A stretch of DNA of 64,000 nt from contig CAWBSQ010000005.1 of NCBI GenBank assembly GCA_963791555.1, positions 3,346 to 67,345 of the forward strand, written 5' to 3'. This document shows, piece after piece, positions 1 through 9,329 of this stretch. The notes beneath the pieces are model-generated. The model did not search any database. It was not told the origin of the DNA and worked only from the letters and a program-made list of their open reading frames with translations. Made by a program: the position numbers and the translations under genes. Numbering within the stretch: the first letter of the stretch is position 1; every line of letters begins with the position of its first letter. Source of the DNA: an uncultured Simkaniaceae bacterium (GTDB lineage: Bacteria > Chlamydiota > Chlamydiia > Chlamydiales > Rhabdochlamydiaceae).

Positions 1-1040
1 CCACCGGCGGCGCGGCCCGGCCAGGCATTGCCTGGCTTCTCAACATGATCTAAAAAACTCGATTTTTTGCTGCCGTGGAGTTTTGCAACTGGCTCTTGTT
101 CATCTTTTTGCACAACAGGCTTTGTTTTCCCTTCTTGTAGGACAAGAGAGTGCGGCTCTTCAGCCGTTCCCCAGACCAAAGTGAACATTGGCGTTTCTTC
201 TTGAAGGATTAGATGAGGATTGCTTTGTTTAAGCTCGTTGGGTCGAATCGTTTGGAAGGCTATGTTGAAGGGCATGATCAATGCCGCTTGAAGAAGCACG
301 GGATGATCTTTCTTAAGCCGTTCGGGAACATGACCATGCCATTGAGCCATAAATAAGTCGAATAGTGTCGGGGCAGGCCGATGCTCTAAATGGGATTCTT
401 TGCCTTGGGGACCACAATAGATGCATAGCTCCTCATGCCAATAGTCGCATACCCAGGCAAGATCTTCCTCAGAATAGTTTCCAAAGAGTTGCAGAGCGAT
501 TAAGTAAGCACTCAACTCTGCACTGCAACGTGGGCGAAAAGAGCCAACAGTCGGTAACGGGTGTTGTTCAAGAGCTACTCTCTTCATCCAAAGGTGAGCC
601 GGAAATGGGAATCTCATCTGTTCTTTATCGAGATAGTCTTTCATCCTTAGCAGGAGATCTTGAAGCTGGGTTCTCAATGGTTCGCCCAAAACACTTCGAA
701 ATTGCATCTGTATATAGGTCAAAATGGGAAGAAGGTCCAAAGCAACGCTGCGGCTGCGGCATTGTGGATATTCATGCAAATAAATGGGAAAATTTCCATG
801 CACTTCAAAGACCAGAAGCTTCTCAAGCATCGCCTTGGCCTCGGCAATGTCTTCGCTTAAGCGGCTACGGAAAAGAGCCAACACATAACAAAAATTCTCT
901 AACAGAGGAATCGTATCGTGTTGTTTTTCATCCGCTTCATAACAGAGGTGAACATAACCTGTTTGAGAACTCAAACGTTTGCGCCCGCAAGCAAGCGCTA
1001 GATCGATGAGACGTCGTTTTTCTTCCTGGATGACAAGCAT
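1..1040 (-). CDS. hypothetical protein, partial (3-prime end lies beyond the window start)
   Basis: Manual minus-strand translation from ATG 1040..1038 ([50 protein letters not shown]...) stays open for about 346 codons to the window edge. It is missing from the ORF track only because no stop codon lies inside the window. Confidence 0.6.
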   Translation of the reverse strand, partial: MLVIQEEKRRLIDLALACGRKRLSSQTGYVHLCYEADEKQHDTIPLLENFCYVLALFRSRLSEDIAEAKAMLEKLLVFEVHGNFPIYLHEYPQCRSRSVALDLLPILTYIQMQFRSVLGEPLRTQLQDLLLRMKDYLDKEQMRFPFPAHLWMKRVALEQHPLPTVGSFRPRCSAELSAYLIALQLFGNYSEEDLAWVCDYWHEELCIYCGPQGKESHLEHRPAPTLFDLFMAQWHGHVPERLKKDHPVLLQAALIMPFNIAFQTIRPNELKQSNPHLILQEETPMFTLVWGTAEEPHSLVLQEGKTKPVVQKDEQEPVAKLHGSKKSSFLDHVEKPGNAWPGRAAG

Positions 1041-1044
1041 TTGA

Positions 1045-1890
1045 TCAAGAAATCCCTGTTGCTTCGCGCAGTGCGTCGATGATCCCATTTTCACTGGCCG
1101 GCTTGGCTAAAATATCCGCCTCTCTTTGTACCTCTTTAGGAGCCGTGCTCATCACAATCCGGACATCGGCTTTGGCGAGCATACTTAAATCATTACGGTC
1201 ATCTCCAGCGGCAATAATACGGACTTTCTTTTTCTCAGAAGAAAAGGAATGTATACGATCGATGACGTGCCCCTTGCTGGCCTCTCGATCGGTGACTAAA
1301 ACTAAATGCAATCTAGGTTCTAATGGGTCGCGGATGGTGATCACTTCCAAGCCAGGTGTCCCGCGCAACTTAGTTTCAACAAGGCGCATACCTTCTTCGG
1401 GACCAAGGCATTTGATCAAAGAGAAGCGCTGGCTTTCAAGAGTCTGAAAGGTATCAAGCGCCTGCCAAGGCTCGGCAGAAAGCGCCATGATCTTATCGAG
1501 ATATGGCTTGAAGTGAGGGGAAAAATGTTGAGGACGATAATAGCAAAAATCGCCATGTGCATAACCGGCATAGATGATGAAATCTTCATCTTGTCCGCGA
1601 TAGGCCTTTTCTACTTGATGGATAGCGTCGCTATCAAGGTAGCGCTGATCGACGATCTTCCGATCTGGCATAGAGAGAATGTCTGCGCCATTTTGCAGCG
1701 CTAGGTAATAAGGAAACTTCAGCGAGCCGACGGCACGATAAGCAAACGAAAACGTCCGCCCGGTGATAAATAAAAGTTTCCACCCCTCATCGTGCAGTCT
1801 GTGCAAATAAGCAGCTGTGGGGTATGGAATAGGCCCAAACCCTTCAGCCACGGTACCATCTATATCAAGAGCTATCCAACCAATTGTCAT
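1045..1890 (-). CDS. HAD-superfamily hydrolase, Cof-type (HAD-IIB) phosphatase-like
   Basis: HAD motif I DxDGT at the N-terminus (IALDIDGTV). Motif [12 protein letters not shown] lies near the C-terminus, and the cap region has typical Cof length. Confidence 0.8.
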   Translation of the reverse strand: MTIGWIALDIDGTVAEGFGPIPYPTAAYLHRLHDEGWKLLFITGRTFSFAYRAVGSLKFPYYLALQNGADILSMPDRKIVDQRYLDSDAIHQVEKAYRGQDEDFIIYAGYAHGDFCYYRPQHFSPHFKPYLDKIMALSAEPWQALDTFQTLESQRFSLIKCLGPEEGMRLVETKLRGTPGLEVITIRDPLEPRLHLVLVTDREASKGHVIDRIHSFSSEKKKVRIIAAGDDRNDLSMLAKADVRIVMSTAPKEVQREADILAKPASENGIIDALREATGIS

Positions 1891-1933
1891 AATTACAGTC
1901 AGTTTATCATGCTAGTTGGTTTAAACCAATGGC

Positions 1934-1954
1934 TTAGAAAGCATTTGCAAATTC
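1934..1954. repeat. copy of the dispersed palindromic motif TTAGAAAGNATTTGCAAATTC (half unit)
   Basis: ttagaaagcatttgcaaattc, followed by attttcctagaaa. It resembles the left arm of the 4223-4302 palindrome and lies between divergent genes. Confidence 0.8.
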
Positions 1955-2051
1955 ATTTTCCTAGAAACAGCATCCCGTTCGGCGATGTCAATATTTTTTT
2001 TGAAGTTGATGTGGTTTACAGAAATGGTTTTGTTTCCGTATCCTCAGGCGT

Positions 2052-2435
2052 ATGCAAAATCTACTCTTTACACTCTCTATTTTTTTGGGCCTCCCTCTCC
2101 TGGCCGATGGGGAAACGCCGCTCATCTCTCCTCAAGATCAACCTCCTCTGCCTATTGAAGACTATGGGGCTGCTTTTTTTAAGATGATCATGATGCTACT
2201 TAGCATCCTTGCCATCGTGATATTGACAGTGTGGATCATCAAACGTTGGGGGCATGGACGAATTGGCCGCTTTAAAGATAAGCAGACTATCCATATCCTC
2301 GAAAAACGAGTCTTAAGTCCCAAAACAATCTTGTATGTGGTGGAGATCGAAGGGGCACAGCTGCTCGTAGCTGAATCACAGCTCGAAGTGCGCCAGCTCC
2401 ATCAATGGCAAGTTCCTATAGAAGAAGATAACTAA
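2052..2435 (+). CDS. FliO-like small membrane protein
   Basis: Signal/TM segments are followed by IHILEKRVLSPKTILYVVEIEGAQLLVAESQLEVRQL. This matches the FliO pattern (...raLgpre.L.vVeve...lvlGvt...i..L) as I remember it. Confidence 0.45.
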   Translation: MQNLLFTLSIFLGLPLLADGETPLISPQDQPPLPIEDYGAAFFKMIMMLLSILAIVILTVWIIKRWGHGRIGRFKDKQTIHILEKRVLSPKTILYVVEIEGAQLLVAESQLEVRQLHQWQVPIEEDN

Positions 2436-2510
2436 CAAAGTAGTTGCAGATTCATTTCTCTATTAAAATCATAAAACATGTTTTAAAAAATACATATAAT
2501 ACAATTTTAA

Positions 2511-2538
2511 TTGACAATTTATTTATTTTTTATAAAAT
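2511..2538 (+). promoter_or_regulatory. putative sigma-70/66-type promoter for the 2566 gene
   Basis: TTGACA at 2511-2516, a 16-nt spacer, then TAAAAT at 2533-2538, about 28 nt upstream of the start codon. The context is AT-rich, so a chance match is possible. Confidence 0.3.
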
Positions 2539-2565
2539 ATCACCTTTAATTAACGGTGATGATTT

Positions 2566-4200
2566 ATGGTTAGTTCAATAGATTTTAATCATAAACAAGA
2601 TGCCTTCAAGACGCCTCCTCTTTCAGCAAATATATTGCCCGTTCGAGCATGGCGCCGCGCAATAGCTTATCTCTCAGAAACGGACCAGGATGCTTGTGCA
2701 GTTGTTTCTAAGCAACTAGCCATACTCGTTCTTAGTGATCCCACTGCTGGCTTAGAAGCAATGGATAAAAGAAAAAAGACAATTCTTAATTACAACCCCA
2801 TCCCTTCCGAATTTCGTGGATCGACCCAAGGGCCAACAGGTCGCTTTCTTTTTGATCATCCACGTTCTAAAGATCTTCGTATCCAAAACATCCACCAAAA
2901 AATCAAAGATAGAATGGGGGGTGATCCAACCTTTGATCAAACCATGAAAAAAGTTTGCGAAATCGAACATGCTCATCCAGACTATATTCCTCTTTACCAT
3001 GGTGGAAGCCTCGAGCTTATGGTTTTCATGTCGTTGACCCGTGCTCTGTTATCGACACCCTACATCCCAGGAATGGAAACATTTCCTTGCTCAAATCCCA
3101 TGATCAGATTCCCTTCTCCCGATGGACCGAAAACCATCGGAGAAGCTCTTAGTGAATTCCCTCCAAACTTTGATGATGTTATAGAAACTGTCCGAAATGA
3201 ATTGCTTGCTTGCAACCCATCCTTATTTGCAAATTTTGACATTAACGGAGAATCCACTTGGGATTATTATTTATCGAATAGAAGTTGCACCCCATTTCGT
3301 ATTCAATCATTTTTGCAAAATCTGTGTAAAAGCTACCAAATCAAACCTCATCAAAAATACCTCGACCAATTAGAAGTTCTTCATACGGAACTCTACCGAT
3401 TAGCGATTACTTATGTTGAGCAAAATATGCCTAGTCCAAGTCACTATCTTGCTATCGAGGGAATGCTTTTACAGATTTTGATCCCTGCTCGTGTGTTAGA
3501 TAAAATAGCTTATGCTTCAGTCGCCTATGGTGAAATTCAAAAAAACGATAAATCTCTTTTAGAGAGGTGCTTGACATTGCGTAACGATCCCGATAGCCAG
3601 CCTTTGATGCAAGTCAGACTGCTTGCTCAATCGATCTTGATCAATGGCTATGGTATTAAAGTCTTTGCGCATTGTTGTGGTGGTTTCTTTGATGAACACG
3701 GTATCACTGATAAGCCCAAGCGTATGACAGATAAACAATGGGCAATACAAACTAATTGTCTTGCACGCAAAGAAGAAATCCTCAAGGAAGCAAGAGAGAT
3801 CTTCACAAAGATGATCTTGCTATCACCAAAAAAAACAAAAAAATCTACTGATATACAGCCATCTACTGTAATTGCTCCTAAAACTATTTTGCTTAATTAC
3901 GCGCTATTACAAAAAAAAGCATCGATGGCTCTTCCACCAGGGTTTAGCCTCCGGCCCTATTACAATGAACATAACCTGCTTGAGAAAGTTATTCAGACGG
4001 ATCCCGAAGGGAATGAAACCATTTATCTCCCAGCTGCTCCTAAACCTGTTTCAGTGACAAAAGAAAAGTTTGATAAACTGCTGTCTTGGTGTTCTAATAG
4101 TCGATATCGCTGCTTTAACGATAACCTAGGCAAGCCTGTGAAAATCCTTGAAATTAGCCTTCATGAAGACCAAGAAGACACAATCTATAGTTACTCTTGA
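2566..4200 (+). CDS. hypothetical protein with an F-box-like N-terminal segment (possible eukaryote-like effector)
   Basis: 544-aa ORF. Residues 19-57 (LSANILPVRAWRRAIAYLSETDQDACAVVSKQLAILVLS) fit the F-box pattern L..LP....I..L...D.....VsK.l..lv. I do not recognise the rest. Confidence 0.6.
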   Translation: MVSSIDFNHKQDAFKTPPLSANILPVRAWRRAIAYLSETDQDACAVVSKQLAILVLSDPTAGLEAMDKRKKTILNYNPIPSEFRGSTQGPTGRFLFDHPRSKDLRIQNIHQKIKDRMGGDPTFDQTMKKVCEIEHAHPDYIPLYHGGSLELMVFMSLTRALLSTPYIPGMETFPCSNPMIRFPSPDGPKTIGEALSEFPPNFDDVIETVRNELLACNPSLFANFDINGESTWDYYLSNRSCTPFRIQSFLQNLCKSYQIKPHQKYLDQLEVLHTELYRLAITYVEQNMPSPSHYLAIEGMLLQILIPARVLDKIAYASVAYGEIQKNDKSLLERCLTLRNDPDSQPLMQVRLLAQSILINGYGIKVFAHCCGGFFDEHGITDKPKRMTDKQWAIQTNCLARKEEILKEAREIFTKMILLSPKKTKKSTDIQPSTVIAPKTILLNYALLQKKASMALPPGFSLRPYYNEHNLLEKVIQTDPEGNETIYLPAAPKPVSVTKEKFDKLLSWCSNSRYRCFNDNLGKPVKILEISLHEDQEDTIYSYS

Positions 4201-4222
4201 GCAAGATTCACTACAAGATGCC

Positions 4223-4302
4223 TTAGAAAGTATTTGCAAATTCTTTTCCCTATGAGAATTTTTCAATTCTCATAGGGAAAAGAATTTGCAAATACTTTCT
4301 AA
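4223..4302. repeat. perfect 38-bp-arm inverted repeat (4-nt loop) between convergent genes; likely bidirectional terminator built from the dispersed palindromic motif
   Basis: The left arm ttagaaagtatttgcaaattcttttccctatgagaatt (4223-4260) is the exact reverse complement of 4265-4302. The loop is tttc. Confidence 0.9.
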
Positions 4303-4323
4303 GAGCGACGGGAATCGAACCGA

Positions 4324-4776
4324 CTAGCGGAAGAAAGTACGTTCTACAGTATCTCTCAACCAGCGGATATTTTCGGTGATCATATCCATAGTTGTTTGAT
4401 CTGAGCGAGCCCCTTCAGCAGAGTATTTAAAACGTAATCCAGCAAAATCCCACGCTGCTGTTACAAGTCTTATAGGAAGGGCCAGGTGTTCTACTTCGCT
4501 TCGCGCATAATTGGCTACACCATGGGCAACATAGATTAGGCTAGAGTAGCTTTTCTTGAATTCACGCGCGCGTGAAGCCTCATCGAATGTTGCAAATGCT
4601 TTAATCGCCCTGCCAGCTGCTAGGCCGATGCCACCTAACACTTGAAGAGATGCATAAGAACCACGAAGTGGGGCTGAATAGGTGGCCGTAAATGGAAGAT
4701 AGCCCGACCAGTTCATCACTTTTTCCAGCGCTGCAAAACCTTTTTCGATTTCAGTTTTATTCAACTCAAAGGTCAT
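4324..4776 (-). CDS. hypothetical protein
   Basis: 150-aa ORF with no overlapping competitor and no recognised motif. Confidence 0.55.
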   Translation of the reverse strand: MTFELNKTEIEKGFAALEKVMNWSGYLPFTATYSAPLRGSYASLQVLGGIGLAAGRAIKAFATFDEASRAREFKKSYSSLIYVAHGVANYARSEVEHLALPIRLVTAAWDFAGLRFKYSAEGARSDQTTMDMITENIRWLRDTVERTFFR

Positions 4777-4869
4777 AGATTACACCCTTAATTTAAAAAA
4801 TTATTTCCAAGCAAACAAATCATCTAAAAAGACGGTTTAATAAAAAAACTCAATTGAGAGAATAATAAA

Positions 4870-5541
4870 TTAATAAAACTGAGAAGTCAATATCAAATCA
4901 GCAAGAAGCTGGCTACCGAATAAGAATAGTGTGACAAAAAATGTTATACTACAGGCAAAGAAAAAAATACCCAATAGAACCCATAAACCGTCTTTTTCAA
5001 GAATCCCTAGAGAAAGAGTGGCCGCGGCAAGCGCCGGAGGGATATTCGTTCCTGGGGGAAGAGGAAGAGCAAGACAAAGACCGTTGACGGCCAGCATGAG
5101 TCCTTGTAAAAAATTACTTAACGGCCACGCAAATATCCATTGCATACGAGGCCTTGTAAGCTTCTCGATCCAAGTAATTATTTTGCATACCCAGCGGAAA
5201 ATTTTATAAAAGCGCGGCCCGCCGATTTTGATCGACCGTAAACGCTTGGGTATCCACACGGCTTTGCCAATACACAGATGAATCCCTATAAAAAAGATGA
5301 TCAAGCCAAATAGATTAGAAATTCCTGGCAAGGAAAAAACCACTAAAAATGGAAGGGAGAAGAGCAAACTTAAAAGCGCTTGGCCCTGAGGACCTACGCT
5401 TTCGATGAAAACGCCAAGCGTCATGGCCTCATCTTTGGCTTTGGCAAGAAGTTTGGAAAGCAAATCTGAGAGTTTATTTTCTTGATTCACATTTTCCTGA
5501 TATCCGATTTCACTCTCTTCTTTCAAGGATCTCTTTTGCAA
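4870..5541 (-). CDS. ExoD-like membrane protein
   Basis: A hydrophilic N-terminus is followed by several TM segments. The stretch GQALLSLLFSLPFLVVFSLPGISNLFGLIIFFIGIHLCIGKAVWIPKRL resembles the ExoD family core. Confidence 0.5.
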   Translation of the reverse strand: MQKRSLKEESEIGYQENVNQENKLSDLLSKLLAKAKDEAMTLGVFIESVGPQGQALLSLLFSLPFLVVFSLPGISNLFGLIIFFIGIHLCIGKAVWIPKRLRSIKIGGPRFYKIFRWVCKIITWIEKLTRPRMQWIFAWPLSNFLQGLMLAVNGLCLALPLPPGTNIPPALAAATLSLGILEKDGLWVLLGIFFFACSITFFVTLFLFGSQLLADLILTSQFY

Positions 5542-5788
5542 TGATCATCTTTGCCAATCGAGAACGTGCTTTCTTCTTTGGCGTCACGTCAGGCCTTTCT
5601 AACCCCATATCTACTTTGGTTTCTGCTGCTTCAGACGCCTTTATTTTTTTGCAAAGAGATGGCTTAGGAGGTGTATTCTGAGCGATAGAATGAGCGACCT
5701 CAGGAGGTTTTGGTCTCTCTTCTTTCCTAAAAATTTTTACCAAGATCCATAACATGAGAGGGATCAGAAACCATGATTTCTCTATCAT
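5510..5788 (-). CDS. small membrane-anchored protein downstream of floA
   Basis: 92-aa ORF with an N-terminal TM helix and a basic tail. It sits where yqfB sits in the Bacillus yqeZ-yqfA-yqfB arrangement. It overlaps the next ORF by 32 nt. Confidence 0.4.
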   Translation of the reverse strand: MIEKSWFLIPLMLWILVKIFRKEERPKPPEVAHSIAQNTPPKPSLCKKIKASEAAETKVDMGLERPDVTPKKKARSRLAKMIIAKEILERRE

Positions 5789-5810
5789 TGCTATTACCTA
5801 CATGCATAGA

Positions 5811-6809
5811 TTAATGCTGAATGGATTCTGCAGACAACGCTTTGCGCATATCGGTATCGGCCAAAAGATTCTTCATTCGATAATATTCCATGATCCCGAG
5901 ATTGCCCTTTTGAAAGGCCTCCGCAATCGCTAGAGGAATTCTGGCTTCTGCTTCGACCAGCTTGGCACGCATATCCGTCACTTTGGCGGTATTCTCCTGC
6001 TCCATAGCTACGGCAAGTGCCCTTCTTTCTTCGGCCTTGGCTTGAGCAATGCGTTTATCCGATTCTGCTTTGTCAGCTCGCAACCTCGCTCCAATATTTT
6101 CTCCTACAGTGATATCCGCAATATCGATCGAGAGAATCTCAAAGGCGGTCTGGGCATCGAGCCCACGCTCTAAAACTAATTTGGAGATACGCTGCGGCGA
6201 TTCTAAGACATCCGTATGCGTTTCCGCTGCGCCAATCGCATTGACAATCCCCTCCCCTACCCTGGCAACGATCGTCTCTTCAGTCGCCCCGCCCACTAGC
6301 TGCTGAATATTTGTGCGCACAGTCACCCGCGCCCGCGTCATCAATTGGACGCCATCTTTAGCAACAGCAGTGATGGTTTCTCCATGAATTTTATCAGGGC
6401 AATCGATGACTTTAGGATTCACCGACGTGCGAACTGCGTCGAGAAGATCCCGGCCAGCTAAATCGATCGCCGTGGCTTGTCTCCAATTAAGAGGGATGTT
6501 CGCTTTGTCGGCCGCGATAAGCGCTCGCACGATATTCGATACATTTCCACCGGCTAGGTAGTGGGTTTCTAAATCTCCGACCTGGATTCCCTTTAGACCA
6601 GCCTTGTGGATCGCGATATAAGCGTTGACAATGGCGCGCGCTGGAATTTTGCGCATGCTCATCCCAATGATTGTGAAAAGCGGAATCGGGGTGCCCGATA
6701 CAAACGCCTGAAACCAAAGGCTAATATAGCGGCTTAATACCATGAGTATCACAGCGGCCCCAATCACTAGTGCTGTTAAGATCATCAACGTAATCCCAGA
6801 TGTTTCCAT
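5811..6809 (-). CDS. floA: flotillin-like protein FloA (SPFH domain, UPF0365/YqfA family)
   Basis: N-terminal TM segment, then [43 protein letters not shown], and an Ala/Glu-rich coiled C-terminus typical of FloA. Confidence 0.85.
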   Translation of the reverse strand: METSGITLMILTALVIGAAVILMVLSRYISLWFQAFVSGTPIPLFTIIGMSMRKIPARAIVNAYIAIHKAGLKGIQVGDLETHYLAGGNVSNIVRALIAADKANIPLNWRQATAIDLAGRDLLDAVRTSVNPKVIDCPDKIHGETITAVAKDGVQLMTRARVTVRTNIQQLVGGATEETIVARVGEGIVNAIGAAETHTDVLESPQRISKLVLERGLDAQTAFEILSIDIADITVGENIGARLRADKAESDKRIAQAKAEERRALAVAMEQENTAKVTDMRAKLVEAEARIPLAIAEAFQKGNLGIMEYYRMKNLLADTDMRKALSAESIQH

Positions 6810-6821
6810 AATTAACCTCTT

Positions 6822-7280
6822 TTATTTCACGATTAGACGGGTTCCTTCTACCTTGACAACAGTGATCTTTGTCCCTTGACTTAGATAGCCTGCGGAGGAG
6901 ACCGCTTGAAACTGTTCTCCATCGATCATGACATACCCGGAAGGCTTTAGATCGGTCACGGCAGCCCCCGTTCGGTTGAACAGCGATGAATCATAACCCA
7001 AGACTTGAAATCCTTCCTGGCTAGTGCGGAGATAAAAACTATCCCCTTTACCACTTTTTTTGACTAGGTGGAGGGCAATTCGGCAGGCAGTCATGACCAG
7101 TAACACCAACCCTAAGACGAAAGCAAGCAGCCAGCCGATAGCCAAGGTCATGGCTATAAGTGCGATACTCCCTACCAGCACAAGGCAGCCCAGCACGGCA
7201 AGAAGGCCTCCCGGAAGAAAGAATTCCACCATAACAAAGAGCAATCCAAGGACGGCTAAGGCAATACCTAAGATGAACAT
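6822..7280 (-). CDS. nfeD: NfeD-family membrane protein
   Basis: Three TM helices plus a C-terminal OB-like domain (VTDLKPSGYVMIDGEQFQAVS...GTKITVVKVEGTRLIVK), immediately upstream of floA. Confidence 0.8.
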   Translation of the reverse strand: MFILGIALAVLGLLFVMVEFFLPGGLLAVLGCLVLVGSIALIAMTLAIGWLLAFVLGLVLLVMTACRIALHLVKKSGKGDSFYLRTSQEGFQVLGYDSSLFNRTGAAVTDLKPSGYVMIDGEQFQAVSSAGYLSQGTKITVVKVEGTRLIVK

Positions 7281-7418
7281 GGCCAGAAGGATACAAGAAA
7301 GAATAAATATTGTAAAACCTTAATCAAATTACAATTAATTACTTCACTAATTAATAAATAATATAATTAAAATTACTGCACCTATTGATTATTAACTGAC
7401 TGTTAAGTATAATCAATA

Positions 7419-7835
7419 GTGAGAAAAACTAATAATTTTAAAACAATGTCAAATACTAAAATTAAGAAAGTTATGCTTCCAGCGACGCCACCACCCGTCG
7501 TACCATCCGTTGCTAAGCCGGCCCTGATCAATGCCAAGATCGCTGAGATCGAAAAGCTTTGGCAAGGGCTCAATCGTCAGCAAATTGCGACCTGGCAAAG
7601 GCGGAATGAAAAGATCGAGAGTTTTATCGCTCTCGTCAAGGACTTAGCCGGGGATGATGAAGAAAAAACCGAAAAGATCCAACGTGTCCTAGATGATTTT
7701 GAACCATTCAAAAACAGCTCGACCGCTGTGAAGACATTGATCAATATGGTGTGCAATTATGTCGATCTTCCCGAAAAAGTCCAAGACCTTGCACATCCAA
7801 CACTTGCTAGCGACATCTATCGCACTACGCAATAG
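7419..7835 (+). CDS. hypothetical protein
   Basis: 138-aa ORF preceded by an AT-rich intergenic region. No motif recognised. Confidence 0.5.
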   Translation: MRKTNNFKTMSNTKIKKVMLPATPPPVVPSVAKPALINAKIAEIEKLWQGLNRQQIATWQRRNEKIESFIALVKDLAGDDEEKTEKIQRVLDDFEPFKNSSTAVKTLINMVCNYVDLPEKVQDLAHPTLASDIYRTTQ

Positions 7836-7928
7836 TTGTAATAAAGTTTATTAACTTTGATGTTTTTTGATCGTTTATTTAAGTCATAACATTGATATAA
7901 TCTTCCTCATCTAAAATATGAGGATATT

Positions 7929-9146
7929 ATGTTGGGTTATGTAAAATCTTTTCTTCCCAGCCTAGGTGCAAATTCTTTTACGACTTCAGTTATCGATGGG
8001 GTTAAAACTAGCGGTCTTGCATGCTACTATCAAGCTTACGCACCCAAGAATGCTGGCACAAAAGATTATCAGACCTTACGAACGATCTTCAACGAATGCT
8101 CTCGTAACCCACATACAACTGCAAAAATCTCTAGCCGAGTCAAACAGCAGTTCTATTCTTTGCCCTCGAATATTCGATACAAGCTTTATAACCAAATTCA
8201 TGAATTAGCAGGCAAACCTAAGACGGCAAATAACCAAGATTGGGGCAAACGCCACCTCTTTGATCAACCTAAGCGATTGGCCAATGCAGTAAAGCAAATT
8301 GCTTTTAAAAAATTCGATTCGCTTGATGCAGTGCAAAAAGAATCCATTGGTCGTCAGATCGCTATTAGCCGCGGCAAATCAACGCCCAATGACACTGTAG
8401 ATCTCATGACGAAAATCGCGTGGGGAAAACGTCATGCAAAAGACGATGCAGCCATTTTGTTGAATTGTTTTCACTCTTCTCCTGCCCTTTACGATTATGA
8501 AGCGACTCTTAAAAACAAATCGAGTCTATACAGTCTTGGACGCAAAGAACTTCCAAAAGGACAAATCAGTTACATCAATGGCATGAATACGCCGCTCGAT
8601 CGAGCTAAAGGCAATGCGTTCAAATTTTCTAAAGACATTGGTAGAAACTACAATTTCCATTGTGTTCATGCAGCAACCAATGGGAAAACTCAGGACTATC
8701 ATGAAATCGTTCTACTGCGCAATGGAGTTATAACCAACCCGGCGCGATTGCTACATAAACGCTGGGACAATTTTTTTGACAAATGCAGCCCAAAGGAGAA
8801 ATTCCTCCAAATTTGCTTCAGTAAAGGAGCCTCGCATGTGCGCGCAGCTCTAGAATCCTATAAATCAGAGCGGCGCAAACGCATCGTTGTGCTTGCTTTA
8901 GCACCTGCTGAATTGATGCCAAAAGGGCTTTGTCATCGCGTTACGCATATCATTAAGAAGAATGACGGAGTACCATTCACACTCCCAGGCAATGCGGCAC
9001 GTATAGCAAAAAAGGAAACGGATATCGTACTCCTTGCTAAAGGTTCAAACCCTCACAATCCCCACGCGGCGGATTACACCAAAGCAGCCTCTAAAGAGGT
9101 CGACCGGTTTCTAACCCAAGACTGCGGCATCAAATTACGTAAATAA
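7929..9146 (+). CDS. hypothetical protein
   Basis: 405-aa ORF with no confident family assignment. Confidence 0.6.
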   Translation: MLGYVKSFLPSLGANSFTTSVIDGVKTSGLACYYQAYAPKNAGTKDYQTLRTIFNECSRNPHTTAKISSRVKQQFYSLPSNIRYKLYNQIHELAGKPKTANNQDWGKRHLFDQPKRLANAVKQIAFKKFDSLDAVQKESIGRQIAISRGKSTPNDTVDLMTKIAWGKRHAKDDAAILLNCFHSSPALYDYEATLKNKSSLYSLGRKELPKGQISYINGMNTPLDRAKGNAFKFSKDIGRNYNFHCVHAATNGKTQDYHEIVLLRNGVITNPARLLHKRWDNFFDKCSPKEKFLQICFSKGASHVRAALESYKSERRKRIVVLALAPAELMPKGLCHRVTHIIKKNDGVPFTLPGNAARIAKKETDIVLLAKGSNPHNPHAADYTKAASKEVDRFLTQDCGIKLRK

Positions 9147-9329
9147 ATCGTGTCGTTGAACTTTTTCCACAAAAATAAAAGTTTCTTAAGGAGCCTCCAA
9201 ACACTTAATATTCAACAATAATTATTTTAATATTATTAACGCCTTGTATATTATACAAATAATTACAAATAGATTCTATCTATACAATGCTTTATAATAT
9301 TTATTAAAAAACACTAATTTAGGTTATCA

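Noticed and set aside
1-45. Very GC-rich start of the window (ccaccggcggcgcggcccggccagg) with the palindrome CCAGGCAATGCCTGG
   Set aside because: It lies inside the open minus-strand frame and at the window edge. It is too short and lacks context to interpret, and it could simply encode a Gly/Ala/Pro-rich patch.
365-1009. 214-aa plus-strand ORF (and nested 660..860)
   Set aside because: It lies antisense to a much longer open minus-strand frame (1..1040) that has protein-like composition. The plus-strand translation is Arg/Ser/Cys-rich and looks non-coding.
4302-4324. tRNA T-loop-like string (minus strand GGTTCGATTCC) next to the 80-bp palindrome
   Set aside because: The flanking bases do not form a T-stem or acceptor stem, and no other tRNA elements are present. 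It is an 11-nt match only and may be chance.
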